Of a stretch of DNA of 64,000 bases, positions 13,501 to 26,552 are shown in pieces. Position 1 is the stretch's first letter, and each line of letters opens with the position of its first letter. The DNA comes from Owenia fusiformis. Taxonomy: Eukaryota. The translations under genes and the position numbers were made by a program. The stretch spans positions 18,848,001-18,912,000 of the forward strand of contig CAIIXF020000001.1 of NCBI GenBank assembly GCA_903813345.2, written 5' to 3'. The notes under the pieces are model-generated. The model did no database searches and had not been told where the DNA came from. It saw only the letters and a list, made by a program, of their open reading frames with translations.

Positions 13501-16500
13501 GACCTGCGGGTGTATTCGGAACTAGTAGCCCTGCTCTTCGGTCTATATTTCTTAATTAATTTCCTCAAATCACTGAACTATCTTTTCACTAAACTGTATT
13601 TTCCGAGCTTTCTGTAACTCCTGCTAACTTTGTCAAGTTAAGATACTACTACAGTAAAACTTTAAATGTTTAAAAAATAAGCAATTAAATGACTATATTG
13701 CAACAGTATATGAAACAAGGCACAGGCGTGAACAATATCGTACCTAAAACACAGCATTGTGGTCTTGTTGACCAAGAAAGCAAGATGGCCGCAGAAAAGT
13801 TAATCAGCTCTAGAACTTATCACTGTGTAACATTTGAACGGTTTGGCTGGAAACCTGTAGACAAGTCTTGAAAGTGAAGATTTTAGGACGGAAAATCCAA
13901 AATGGCCACCTTAAAATTTACCCAGAATGCCCAAAAACCAATCAGTTCTTGACGTTGATATGTAGAAACATCCCTGAAAATTTCAGATGAATCCCTCAAA
14001 TGGTTTGGCTGAAAATCTGTAGACAAGTCTTGAAAGTGAAGATTTTAGGAATGAAAATCCAAAATGGCCACCTTAAAATTTAACCAGAATGCCCAAAAAC
14101 TAATCAGTTCTTGACGTTGATATGTAGAAACATCCCTGAAAATTTCAGATGAATCCCTCCAAAGGTTTGGCTGGAAACCTGTAGACAAGTCTTGAAAGTA
14201 AAGATTTTAGGACGGAAAATCCAAAATGGCCACCTTAAAATTTACCCAGAATGCCCAAAAACTAATCAGTTCTTGACGTTGATATGTAGAAACATCCCTG
14301 AAAATTTCAGATGAATCCCTCAAATGGTTTGGCTGAAAACCTGTAGACTAGTCTTGAAAGTGAAGATTTTAGGACGGAAAATCCAAAATGGCCACCTTAA
14401 AATTTACCCAGAATGGCCAAAAACTAATCAGTTCTTGAGGTTGATATGTAGAAACATCCCTGAAAATTTCAGATGAATCCCTCAAATGGTTTGGCTGGAA
14501 ACCTGTAGACAAGTCTTGAAAGTGAAGATTTTAGGACGGAAAATCCAAAAAGGCCACCTTAAGATTTACCCAGAATGCCCAAAAACTAATCAGTTCTTGA
14601 CGTTGATATGTAGAAACATCCCTGAAAATTTCAGATGAATCCCTTAAATGGTTTGGCTGGAAACCTGTAGGCAAGTCTTAAAAGTGAAGATTTTAGGACG
14701 GAAAATCCAAAATGGCCACCTTAAGATTTACCCAGAATGCCCAAAAACTAATCAGTTCTTGACGTTGATATGTAGAAACATCCCTGAAAATTTCAGATGA
14801 ATCCCTCAAATGGTTTGGCTGGAAACCTGTAGACAAGTCTTGAAAGTGAAGATTTTAGGACGGAAAATCCAAAACAGCCACCTTAAGATTTACCCAGAAT
14901 GCCCAAAAACTAATCAGTTCTTGACGTTGATATGTAGAAACATCCCTGAAAATTTCAGATGAATCTCTCAAATGGTTTGGCTGGAAACCTGTAGACAAGC
15001 TGAAAAGTGAGACGCCGCCCGCCGCCCGCCCGGCCGCCAAGCTGACTACAATATCGTACCTTTTGTTAGGTACGATAAAAATAGAAACATTGTACAAGGT
15101 CCAACTTTTGTATATTTCAGATAGTTTCTATTTTTACATACCGTATACTGTTTCAATATGGTCCTTTGATTGCTTATTTTTTAGATTCAACATTCTTCCA
15201 AACATTAAAAATTTTGCTGTAGCGGGAACAGGGTTGACCCTTGACCTATCTTTGATTCCAACTACAACAAACCCTGTGTTGCAATTCTTATGCCTTCATA
15301 TTATCGTATCATTTCTAAAATGAAGCCCTCCGATTGGTCAGTTATTGTGCTGTATCAATCTGTATTGCTAATGAGATTATCCCCATTGATCATCTCTGTA
15401 GCAATACAGATAATATTGGTACGGAGGGGACAATCTCAGTAACAATACATAGAATACAGAATATTTCCCAGGGGTTATCTCCTTAGCAAAATGTATCGGT
15501 TCAAGATCACACAATAAACACGTTATAGATTGATTTGAAGTGCAATACAGAATATATTGTGCTCTAAATATTCTGTATTGACACTCAATTTCATCTCATT
15601 CCTATACTAGACTACGCCCCACTCTGATAATTGTAACTCCTTCCTTACATGAAAGGTTACACATTCCAACCTATTTCAAACCATCTGTATGATGATACTA
15701 GACACTTTCTGGGTAGTTGGACTTTCTATAGGGGTGGCAGACGGCCCTCGGACCAATTTATACCCCTACCCCCAAAAAACCATGGGGGTACTTTAATACC
15801 AGCCAATAAAAAGAATACTAATGCATGCCAGATATTCATTGTTTTATATTGGGTAGGGCATGTTATGGTTAGTAAGTGCCAAAAATTTCCAATCTCTAAC
15901 TTATATGGTTAGCATAGAAACAGTATTTATATCTCGAAATATTCTCAATTTGACCCCCTCCCAAATGTGTCCCTTTGTTCTCAAAGTGAAATATTTGCAA
16001 ATCTGTTTGGATTTTATGGCTGCTACTTTGTCAAAAATTGTATCAATATGTATATTTTAACATTTAAACGCTGAAAAGTGTTCATAATGATCCTATAAAT
16101 CAATAATATTTATCAAATATAGTCACACATAGCTGCTTTTAGGGAAAAGTGGGCGTGGCACTTTTTGGTACGCGTGTACTTGTTGCAGCATTAAATGAAA
16201 AATACATATTATACTAATAACAATTGACATTTAATTAGCATCTACTTATGTTGTGTAACATTGTAATATGTTCATTATCATTATTAGACACTTTAAATAT
16301 TTTATATAAGTGTTATCCTGACCCTTCCCTTTATCCCTACACCCTTCAAGGTGGGCATTACCAATCGTGTAAAGTTAACATTTCTGTTTGATTTATTTTT
16401 ACCATAGACAAGGTACAAAAGCTTTACCATGAGTACTGACCTTATTAGGTGCTAAACTGATGAATGGATAGGTAGATGGCAGCACTTATGCTGGTTGGAC

Positions 16501-19500
16501 TACACGCTAGCATCTACCATAGACACATATTGATTTACCATATTTGTTATTTTGGATTAAAGTAAAACTGCTTTCGCACCAAACTTAATGAGATTCAGAT
16601 TGTGTTTGAAACTATATGATCTTCAGATTTTGTGTGAACCTTAAATTCATGACAATCAAAAGAATTCAACATTTAGGAAGTCAACATTAAGATTATTAAC
16701 ATCGTCTCAATGAGAATTAAGTGTGACCTTTTTCAGAAAGTTAAAGATCATAGAAAATTGAACATAATCAAAGTTCCTCAGTAGAACATTTAATCTCCTA
16801 AAATCACATTAAAACTATATCAGCAATATTTCCAAGCTAAATAGTATAAAAATTTCGATCACATCATTTGCAATGTTTTCATTATTCGATAGTTCAACCC
16901 TATATGAATTATTGATGATTTTAAAAGTGCAAGGAATCTAAATGAATCAAGGAAGCCAGTGATATGTATATGCCTTATTAATTGTTGACTTATACAATGA
17001 AATAGATTTAGATGCAAGTAGAAATAATTTTGCTTTACATCATTAAAAATTCAAAATTCAGTCAAATAAGTGATATCATATTTGAAATCTTCATGAAGAA
17101 TTACATTTCTTCATGCAATAAGTTAACCTTTTAGTGAGTAGTTGTGACTCATGTAATCATGCACTTATACAATTTGTCAGTAAAAGTTATTTATCCTATA
17201 CTTAGTGTTATAGGTAAATAAAATGCATGAATATAATTGATACCTTAGATGAGTGGGGATATACATGTACTGCATATCCCGCTTTATCCCATACTTGGTC
17301 GTGTTTCAGGTACATAAAATAGGTTTGTAAAAACTTATATTTTCATCAGCGGGCAGATATAGCTTTACATTCTGTTGCGAGCGGGCAGATATAGTATATC
17401 TGCCCACTCCGTCATAATCGCCCTTGGGCAGATATATTATATTTGAATCGGGATAGTTCCAATATCCTGAACCTCATATAGGATAATCTCTATGTATCGC
17501 CAGGTTTATCACCCGCTCAGTAATCCCCTGCAGGAATTTCATTCTGTGCAATTTCTCATATTTTCGTATATGATAAATAATTTTGGTTACAAGGTATAAC
17601 CCTTGGGAAATACAATATTCTACCCTCAACCCCTCGGGGAGGTATATTGTATTTCCCTCAGATATATTGTATTTCCCTGTATTAAAAACTTCCCATTAAT
17701 TAAACCTCATATATAATGCACACCATTTGAAGTATAAATCAAAACTATGAATTAGTGATATCCATGTTTCTAACGAAAGCATGAATTTGAAAGAAACAAA
17801 CATTCTACTCATATGGTATAAAGATATTACCAGTTGTGTCCATTTTAGATTTGATTGAAGAACTTCATTAGAGGCAATTTTAAAATTACAATATATTAAA
17901 AGAGGCTCTGTTGCTTAGATGGGAGAATCAATTAGCTGCATTGTTCAGTTTATGACAAAATTGATGTTTAGTGTTACTTTCATGAACACCCATCCTGTAA
18001 AATAGCATTTTGAATCCAGTAGTTTGTATATCGATGAATTAGATAAGGCATTGTCGAGGAAAAATATCCAACAAGATTACTAGTTTGCTCATGAAATTAG
18101 GCATACTTTAACTTGAAACAATTTGTAACACTCAAATTTTGGGGTTTGGAGATCAAAGTAATAATGATGAAAAACAAGCAATTTTAAAATATTTAAATAT
18201 TTAAGATTTTTGTTAGCCTTTGTTTTGTCTGTTTTATTCTCAAATAAATCATGGTCATCAATTCTATTGTTACATAATCATCATTTACCAATTTTAAAAT
18301 TAAATATTACTGGTTAGAGAATGTGATTTCTTACTTTAGGTTATATTTATATCCCGATTTATATGTATAATAATAATTGATGAAGACGAATAGAGATTAT
18401 CCTCTATGAGGTTCAGCGTATTAGAATTATCCCGAGGCCAATATAATATATCTGGCCGAGGGTCGTAGGTCCCGAGGGAAGATATTTTCTATTGGCCAAA
18501 GGCCTTAGGTCCTGGGGGAAAAAATATTATATTCGCCAAGGGATAATCCTAATAGCATGAACTGACTATAGGATTATCTGTTTATCCCATATCAATCTTT
18601 CTTATCTGGTTCACATTGTTCAATTGGCCAGAGTTAGAAAGAATACAACCACATAAATGTATTCATGACTAATTTTGTTTTCTTGACCTTAGGAGGATTC
18701 TCCTGTTTTTTAAGTATTCATCCACATATTCTCGAATCATTGATTATTAACGTATTAAGTATGCTACTTCCCTCATTGCTAATCATACACAAATGATGAT
18801 TATGACTTAGTGGGCAGGTGTAATATATCTGCCCTCTCAGGCAGGGACATTAGCTATATCTGCCCGCTGATGAAAATATAAGTATTTATAAACCTGCTAT
18901 ATGTATCTGAAACATATCCAAGTATGGGACAAATGTATCTACTTTTTTTGATTGCATACACTAAACAGATTTGTTTAGGAATTATATGAAGTATTTCAAA
19001 AACATATACCGAACCACTATTGAAGGATCTAGGAATCATTGAAAATACAGCATATCAGAAACATGTGTAAATTGTTTATCTTGCAATTATTTTGCTAAAT
19101 ACTAATAGAAATTATACTGTACCTTCCAGAGAATAGCTTTTTTGTTAACTATGAGCCAATGAATGAATGGATGCATTTTATTATAACTGCAAAATTATGC
19201 TCTATGCAATTCATACGAAAAATAAATTTTGCCATATTAGAATCAAGTATAATCTTTAATCCATTGGATAGATCATGCATTGACTGATGTTGAGGTATTG
19301 ATAAAAGAAGTGTCAAAATAGATTTTAGTGTTATGTATTAGGCAAAATATTAGGAAGGGTATAAATGGTCTCCAATCTTTCTAGTTTTGAGTATTACGTC
19401 TTCTTGCTTTGATTCAAATTATCCTCGGTCACTATTTGTAACCCCTCCCTCCTTCCCCATTTAGGCCATGGATATGAAGATGATTTAGAGGTTATGTGAA

Positions 19501-22500
19501 GGATACTAGGGAAGGGTTAATAGCCAGAGTTAAATTAGTTCATTTAAGTTTAATCATAAATGTTATGCAATTCACACTAGCATCAAATATCATACCAAAA
19601 GGATTGAACTGTTTATTACTTTTCAATTGCAGTAAACATGGTAAAATGGTTCTAAATATTGAACATTGTTGAACAAGCATAGATGACTTGAATAGCTCTA
19701 GATGACTTGAACGTATCCATTCATATTCTAGGAACAAGTCAATGAATAAGTAAGACTTGACTCTTGACAGGCTTAAAAGACCGAGGACCCTATAAGACTT
19801 AAACTAAAAGTTCATTTGACCATTGATGACCTACCTATGATAGGGAAGGGTCAGGATAACACATGTATAAAATATTTAAAGTGTCTAATAATGATAATGA
19901 ACATATTACAATGTTACACAACATTAGTAGATGCTAATTAAATGTCAATTATTGTTAGTGTAATCTGCATTTTTCATTTAATGCTGCAACAAGCGCACAA
20001 GTACCAAAAAGTGCCACGCCCACTTTTCCCTAAAGCAGCTATGTGTGACTATATTTGATAAATATTATTGATTTATAGGATCATTATATCAACTTTTAAG
20101 TGTTTTAATGTTAATATAGATATAATATTACACATTTTGACAAAGTAGCAGCCATAAAATCCAAACAGATTTGCAAATATTTCACTTAGAGTACAAAGGG
20201 ACACATTTGGGAGGGGGTCAAATTGAGAATATTTCGAGATATAAATACTGTTTCTATGGTAACCATATAAGTTAGAGATTGGAAATTTCTGGCACTTATT
20301 AACCATAACATGCCCTACCCAATATAAAACAATGAATATCTGACATGCATTAGTATTCTTTTTATTGGGTGGTATTAAAATACCCCCATGGTTTTTTGGG
20401 GGTAGGGGTATTAATTGGTCTGAGGGCCGTCTGCCACCCCTATAGAAAGTCCAACTACCCAGAAAGTGTCCAGTATAATCATACAGATGGTTTGAAATAG
20501 GTTGGAATGTGTAACCTTTCATGTAAGGAAGGTTGCATTTCTAGAGCACTTCTACAGAATGGCTTACAGTCTATACAGAATTTCTCAAGCCCAATATATC
20601 CTGTATTGCCCTTCGAATCATTTGATAGCTTATAATATCATAATCTGATATGGTATGGTTTCAGATCCTTTTAGAGAAAATATATTTGAGATGGTTAATA
20701 TGGATTTTTTCTGCTTCATCATTAGCACCCTTGGTATAAGCAGCTAACGAAAATTGACTGGTACGGGTCAAAAGCTGGACTGGTACGGGTTAACGGTTTT
20801 ATTTGAATTTAAAACAGCCATAACTTGCTCAATATTGACTTCCTCGTGTCTAATTTGAAATATATGATGCCTCCCGATGCTTTTAAGTACCCCAATTTTT
20901 TACAGATTTTTAAACGGACCAAAACTCTCTAAATGCGCATTTATGCTCTTTTTTCTCGAGAACGACTGTCTCATTTTCACGATAACTTTTATTTAGTACT
21001 TCTAACATATAAGATCTATTTTTCCCCATCAAGGTATGATGTAAATGACATGCTATTTACATCTTGTGAGTTTCAATGACGCGCGTTTGATTTTATAAAA
21101 AATGCCAAACACAGAATTTCATCCTGCTTGCAGCGAGAAGACGGACCGGTTTGGGGCAATAGAACCGGTCCGTCTTCTCGAAAAGAGCATAAATGCGCAT
21201 TTAGAGAGTTTTGGTCCGTTAAAAAATCTGTAAAAAATTGGGGTACTTAAAGTGTGCGCCAAAGTTTAAAACTGCGCAGGCGCACCGCTCTCGCTGAACT
21301 ATATAAAGAGATTACCAGGTACACGATTCAGAGGTAAGCCAGGAAGGCGAACGATCTTCGTCTCGTGATGATTTCCCATATAATCGTAACCAGGGAAGTT
21401 TCACCATTGAAATTGAAAATTACTATTAGATATACTTTGTAGATGTTATTTATGAAGATATTTAGTGTTTGCATCAATCAAATGGCTCATTTTGAACATA
21501 TAAAAAGTATTTGTGTTTTGTTTCCCAGGGAATTGTATTGTATGTAGTACACACATAAATAGTGTACATTATACAGTACTTGAATAGCCTGGTTTATATA
21601 ATATTGAAGGGCATGCTGATTACATGCACATGAGTACATGAATGAAGGCCTAATATTGATATACGTAGCTTGCATACCTAAATAAAAAATAAACTCTTCT
21701 AATCCCCTAATGTAAACACGGCGGTATACGTAGCCCGATTTATTGGGGACTTTAAAAGCATCGGGAGGCATCATATATTTCAAATTAGACACGAGGAAGT
21801 CAATATTGAGCAAGTTATGGCTGTTTTAAATTCAAATAAAACCGTTAACCCGTACCAGTCCAGCTTTTGACCCATACCGGTCAATTTTCGTTAGCTGCGT
21901 ATACCAAGGGTGATTAGTATATTTTAGTATATTTAGGATGTTTATGGGTAAATTGATAAATGTATTTATAAATAAAACATTTGTATTCATTGAATGTATG
22001 TTTTTGTTTGTAACTTGAGTATTTTTGGTTTTTAATTCAAGTAGCCTCGTTTGTTATCTTTTCTTATACAGTGTATGTATGTATCTTATACCAAAATACA
22101 TTTAAAAGTCGTTAAAATCATTTCTCAATGACACATTTGTTTACAAACAAATTTGAGGCTCATTTTGTATATGTAGCCTTGTTTCTGCAAGTTAGTATTT
22201 ATGAACACAAAGTCATTTAACATACACACACTTAAGAGACTTGTATTTTATATTTTTTATATTTATTTAAGTTTCATTTTATTATTCACTAATGTACAAA
22301 TATTAATTTGCTTTCAGCAATAACTCATGGGTTATATGCAGTTTTATCACCCCTGTATATATAACTCTCGCTTTAAGGGTTAATTTGTGTGGTGGGCATC
22401 TTTTTAAGGTTACAATTATCAATCTAATGAGTAATATCTTTCTATTACATATGGATATTTATAATTTAGGGTAGAATACATAGATTGTGTTGAATGATAT

Positions 22501-25500
22501 TGAAATGACATTCACATTTTTAAATTTGTTTACGAAAATCTTGCAATTGAGGTCTCCTTTATGAGTTATTGACCACAAAGATGTGGGATTTCTTTACTTT
22601 ATCAACCATACCTTTTTATTTTACTGGACTATTTACTATATTCTACTATGAGATGCATTTCCTGTCACATGACTTAAACACACCTCTTCAGAGGTTGTTT
22701 GACCTGATTGTATAAAGTACAAGGTGGGACAAAAAATTCAAACATATTTTATTTTTTCTATTTTGGAGCTTAAGTTTTCATTCCTAGAAAGATTTGTAGA
22801 TATATGCTACATAATCATTTTTTCAAAATGAATCAAGTTAGCTCATTCATTCATTTTAGTTTGATAGTGTAAAAGTTTATCCGAAACATTAGTATAAGAT
22901 TTCCTTTTCTATTTGGATTAATTTCTGAAAATATTTCACAAAATATTTAGCAGATACTGCTCTGTGGAGCAATCAATGAGAACACCTTAATTTTGGTTAT
23001 GGGTTAAACTTTTCAGTTGCAGACTCTGGAGGTGTGTTCTCCCATCACTTTATTTAGCATTTCCATGTGTTCGGTATATTGCTAACATCTCTGAAGCAGC
23101 TATTTTGTAAAGTGTTACTACACTACTAATCCAGATATATAAAAGACATGCTGTTCTCATATATCATAATAACATTTTATTCAGACTGTCTAACCTTGAG
23201 CTGTCAACTGTTTGTTACAGATTTTTTATTTGATTGCCTTTGTGCACTTAGACACACAACTCAGGATTGTTTTGATTTTAGACAATACCTGGGTGTTTTA
23301 AAATTTACAATATAGAGCAAGTTAACCTAAAAGCAAATATGATTAAAAACAGCTATATATATTTCAATCATCTGAATGAATTATTCCCCCTCCTGAAGGA
23401 CAGAGGAACAGCTGCTAATTCTGATAGTATGTCTAAGTCTGTGTTGTTGTTTAAGGATTTAAGCCCTTGACTCAGAGCAATGTGGAATGACCATTCCTTG
23501 AAGGTGTTGCCTTCCAAAATTTGAACGAGATGTTAATTCTAGGAAACAACGCCTGAAAGGAATGGTCATTACACAATGCATTGAGTCTTGTGCTTAAATT
23601 CTTTTCACACATTCTAAAATATTTTCCTCTGTGTCACTTAAAAGATATAAAATCACCAAAAGAACGTATTTTCAATGAAACTTTTTGCAAGCGTCAAATT
23701 GGCAAAGCAAAGAGTTTAGTTCTCACCATAACGACAACCATACAACAAATGTGTTATTGGTTATTTCATGCACTGCTGTGTGAAATACTGTGTTTGGATT
23801 GACTGGAGTCAGACATACTTTGCCTAGCTGTGTGTGAAATTATGATTAAAACCCAACACATGAATTCTTGATTTTTGTTGATTTTAGGAATCAACACAAC
23901 TTCTGCTGCATTGAAAAGCATGTTAGCATATCTGGTTGTTCATCCTGAAATTCAGCAAACAATTCAACAAGAGATAGATAGTGTTCTTGGCAACAGGTTA
24001 GATGTCGCTTGTATAGTAATATGGTGACCTTAGATGGTCCAAACTTTCTAGCACCTATTTATTTCATCCAGGCTCTACAAGGGATTTTGAACTTTTAATT
24101 TAGTAGCCCTTCCTTGTCTTATTCCAAATCCCATTTGTCCAAATAAAATGTCTTCTCACTATTTATGATTTAAAAGTTTTAATTTGATCCATCTACTCAA
24201 CAGGTCAAATGAACATCATTTTAAATATTCATATTGCTGCAAAACAGCATATCTTCATAATTTTATGTCTTGCATCACCAATGTGTCAAATGTTCACCTT
24301 CACATTTCCACACTGATTCAAATGAACATGAGCAGTAATTTTATGTACATGTATTTCACCATCATTACTTATGCATGGAATCAAAGAAAACTGACCCAGG
24401 AACACCTCATCAAAGGAGTCATCTGATCTATCACTGAGCTGCATGGGTGGACTTTCGAGACATTTTATTTTGCAGTAGAAAAGGAATGGAAACATAAGTC
24501 TCAAAACTAATTCACTTTTTCATTCATCTTTTAGATGTCCCTCTATTAAAGACAGGTCATCAATGCCATACACAGATGCATTCCTCTTAGAATCCCTGAG
24601 ATACATGTCCCACTTGCCTATAGGTATCCCTCATGCAGCCATAAGGGATGTCACCATAAAGGGACATTTCATCCCAAAGGGAACTCAGGTAAACCCTCAT
24701 TGATTATCTCAACCCCAAAAAATCATATAGTAGTTGCCCTTTAAAACATATAACAATATCAGTTATTGGAACACTGAAAGATGGCAATACTATCAGATGT
24801 GAAAGAGTTGGTATATAAACAGACCTGATAACACTGCCATCTTTAAATCAATCCAGAACCCCAAAATAAGTAAGTACATCGATGCAACACCACAAATGAG
24901 ACCAAAATGAATATAACCTAATAAATCATAAATAACTACCTGTATATGGCTATTTCTAATACGGGTCATGAACATGTATATTATAGGTTTGGTTATATCT
25001 CTTCGGTCTACACCATGATGACAGATTTTTCCCTGACCCCTGGAGCTTCACCCCACAGAGATTCCTTGATAAGGATGGAGGCTTGATTCCTCCAGACGAA
25101 CGGAAACTGTACGAAATTTTCAGAAAAAATTCCATTTTGTAAAGCTAACATAAATTCTAAAGTATAACTTGTCTTATATAAAGCTAAGAAAAATTGTAAG
25201 TTATCTAAATCTTGCGATTACATAAAATCTTACCATTACCAAGCATAGCAAGACAACTACAATATTTTGAATGCAATAAAAATCAACAATGATATGCTCC
25301 TCATGAATGAACAGTGTCAAAATCAATTAAATAAAATAACTGAATGAACATTTCAATTTCAGACTTCTACCATTTGGTGCTGGGCGGAGAGTTTGCCTCG
25401 GAGAACAACTTGCCCGGATACGAATGTTTCTTTTCATAACAACATTTCTTCAAAAATATACTTTCCTCCCTGAGACCCCTGATAACCTGCCTGATTGTGA

Positions 25501-25573
25501 TATCAAGAACGGGACAATGGGGGCGGTGATGAACTTAAAGGATTATAATATACGGTTAGAGAGGCGAAAATGA
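10509..25573 (+). CDS. Cytochrome P450, clan 2 (CYP17/CYP1/CYP2-like), 7 coding exons, 495 aa
   Basis: Exons 10509-11048, 11157-11369, 11637-11775, 23888-23996, 24535-24688, 24987-25108, 25363-25573 (1488 nt, GT-AG, phases consistent). Motifs: N-terminal anchor plus [10 protein letters not shown] hinge, WKDYR (WxxxR), I-helix DMVIPGINTTS, ESLR (ExxR), PQRF (PERF-like), heme [10 protein letters not shown]. Confidence 0.95.
11786..13553. mobile_element. Hairpin-ended non-autonomous element hosting a nested HINE
   Basis: GATTCGAACATGA (11800-11812) is inverted at 13385-13397, followed by a long terminal stem-loop at ~13400-13549 (CAGGGCTACTAGTT..AACTAGTAGCCCTG). Boundaries approximate. Confidence 0.55.
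12013..13232 (-). mobile_element. Helentron-associated interspersed element (HINE; DINE-1/CvA-like) with internal tandem repeats
   Basis: Subterminal IR ATCCCATCGAAC (12047-12058) / GTTCGATGGGAT (13217-13228). Small palindrome ACGCCAAGGCGT (12030-12041). About 5 repeats of ~140-155 bp, a (GGAC/GTAC)n microsatellite at ~13103-13189 and a terminal hairpin at 13201-13229. Confidence 0.8.
13713..15081 (-). mobile_element. HINE carrying a 162-bp tandem array
   Basis: Subterminal IR TATCGTACCTAA (13736-13747) / TTAGGTACGATA (15066-15077). Hairpin at 15052-15077, GCC/GCCC microsatellite at ~15014-15038, AACAAG end. Confidence 0.82.
13840..14999. repeat. 162-bp tandem (satellite-like) array, ~7.2 copies
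   Basis: GGTTTGGCTG starts at 13840, 14002, 14164, 14326, 14488, 14650, 14812 and 14974, an exact 162-bp period. Confidence 0.97.
15639..20532. repeat. Pair of ~690-bp inverted repeats (15639-16330 and 19842-20532) enclosing 3.5 kb
   Basis: CCTTCCTTACATGAAAGG...CCTGACCCTTCCCT is reverse-complemented at 19842-20532. ORFs 15649+ and 20522- translate to nearly the same peptide. Confidence 0.9.
20726..21912. mobile_element. Transib-type (CAC..GTG, 5-bp TSD) palindromic element with TTAA-flanked central inserts
   Basis: ATTAG|CACCCTTGGTAT...ATACCAAGGGTG|ATTAG with ~160-bp arms. Inner segments 20887-21246 and 21251-21751 are each bounded by TTAA. Confidence 0.8.
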
Positions 25574-26287
25574 TTATCTAGCTCAATACCAATGAAAACA
25601 CTATATTGCCACTCATACATTTAACATTAAATACTGCATGTTTTTCATATATCACAGTCACACTGAAATTTTTTGTACATTAACATCAATGCAGCTAGGT
25701 ACTACAAGTAATACATGTATTTAATTGACTCATCAATGAATCAATGTATCAATGAACTGATCATGTCAACAAATTGCTAACTGACAGTATTATATCTTAA
25801 GAAGGACTACATGTACTATATAATATACATTTGTGTATTTTAGTTAAGTGGGAAAGAAATACCTATTTTTGTAATTACTGTTATATAGTCATGTGGAGTT
25901 GTAATAAATATGTTATAAAATAAATTTTTCTTAGGAGATTTTTGACGAAATGTTTACATTAAATGTATAGAATATAGACCTAAAACTAAAACTTAGATGC
26001 AATCCTTAAAATGATTAGATGCAGTGCAACATAATTCTCTCATGATTTTCCACATGACACCATTATACTCATACACTTTAGTTAAAGCCAATGTAGCTGG
26101 GTAAATGTATGATGATGGATGATAGTACAGTAAAACCTGCGAACAAGGAACACTCTCCGATCCTTTCATTATTACTAAATGCATTCACAAATACTTTATC
26201 ACAGGTTCCTTCATTTTACTATGAGTTTAACTTAAAACTACCTAGTATGCCCAGGATACTACCACAATCTAATGTTAAATCAAAATT

Positions 26288-26552
26288 TCACTTTTGACCT
26301 ACGCGCTGACCTTCCACCAATCAACGAGCTTGAAGAAACATACGCCAAATGCGTTCTAATTAAATATGCGTATGTCATTGGTCAATTCCGGGCTCAATGA
26401 TGACGTCAGAAGGAATGACCATATAAAGAACGTCGGTCAAATTTGGCCGACGAACACTGATTGCTGCGGTGAGTTCACAGGTTTATTTTAGTTTGAAAGA
26501 GTGAAGACGAAGCTCTCTTTTAAGAAGTGAAGTCAAACGAATGCAAAGGGTA
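26288..26552 (+). mobile_element. 5'-truncated copy of the 367-bp AcademH-type element
   Basis: Near-identical to ~6035-6299; ends GCAAAGGGTA. Confidence 0.88.

Noticed and set aside
13840-14999. Regular repeat array suggestive of CRISPR
   Set aside because: Units are contiguous 162-bp copies with no unique spacers, there are no cas genes, and the context is a eukaryotic intron.
15649-20522. Near-identical ORFs [12 protein letters not shown]... on opposite strands
   Set aside because: Products of the 690-bp inverted repeat; stop positions differ between copies and no protein motif is evident.
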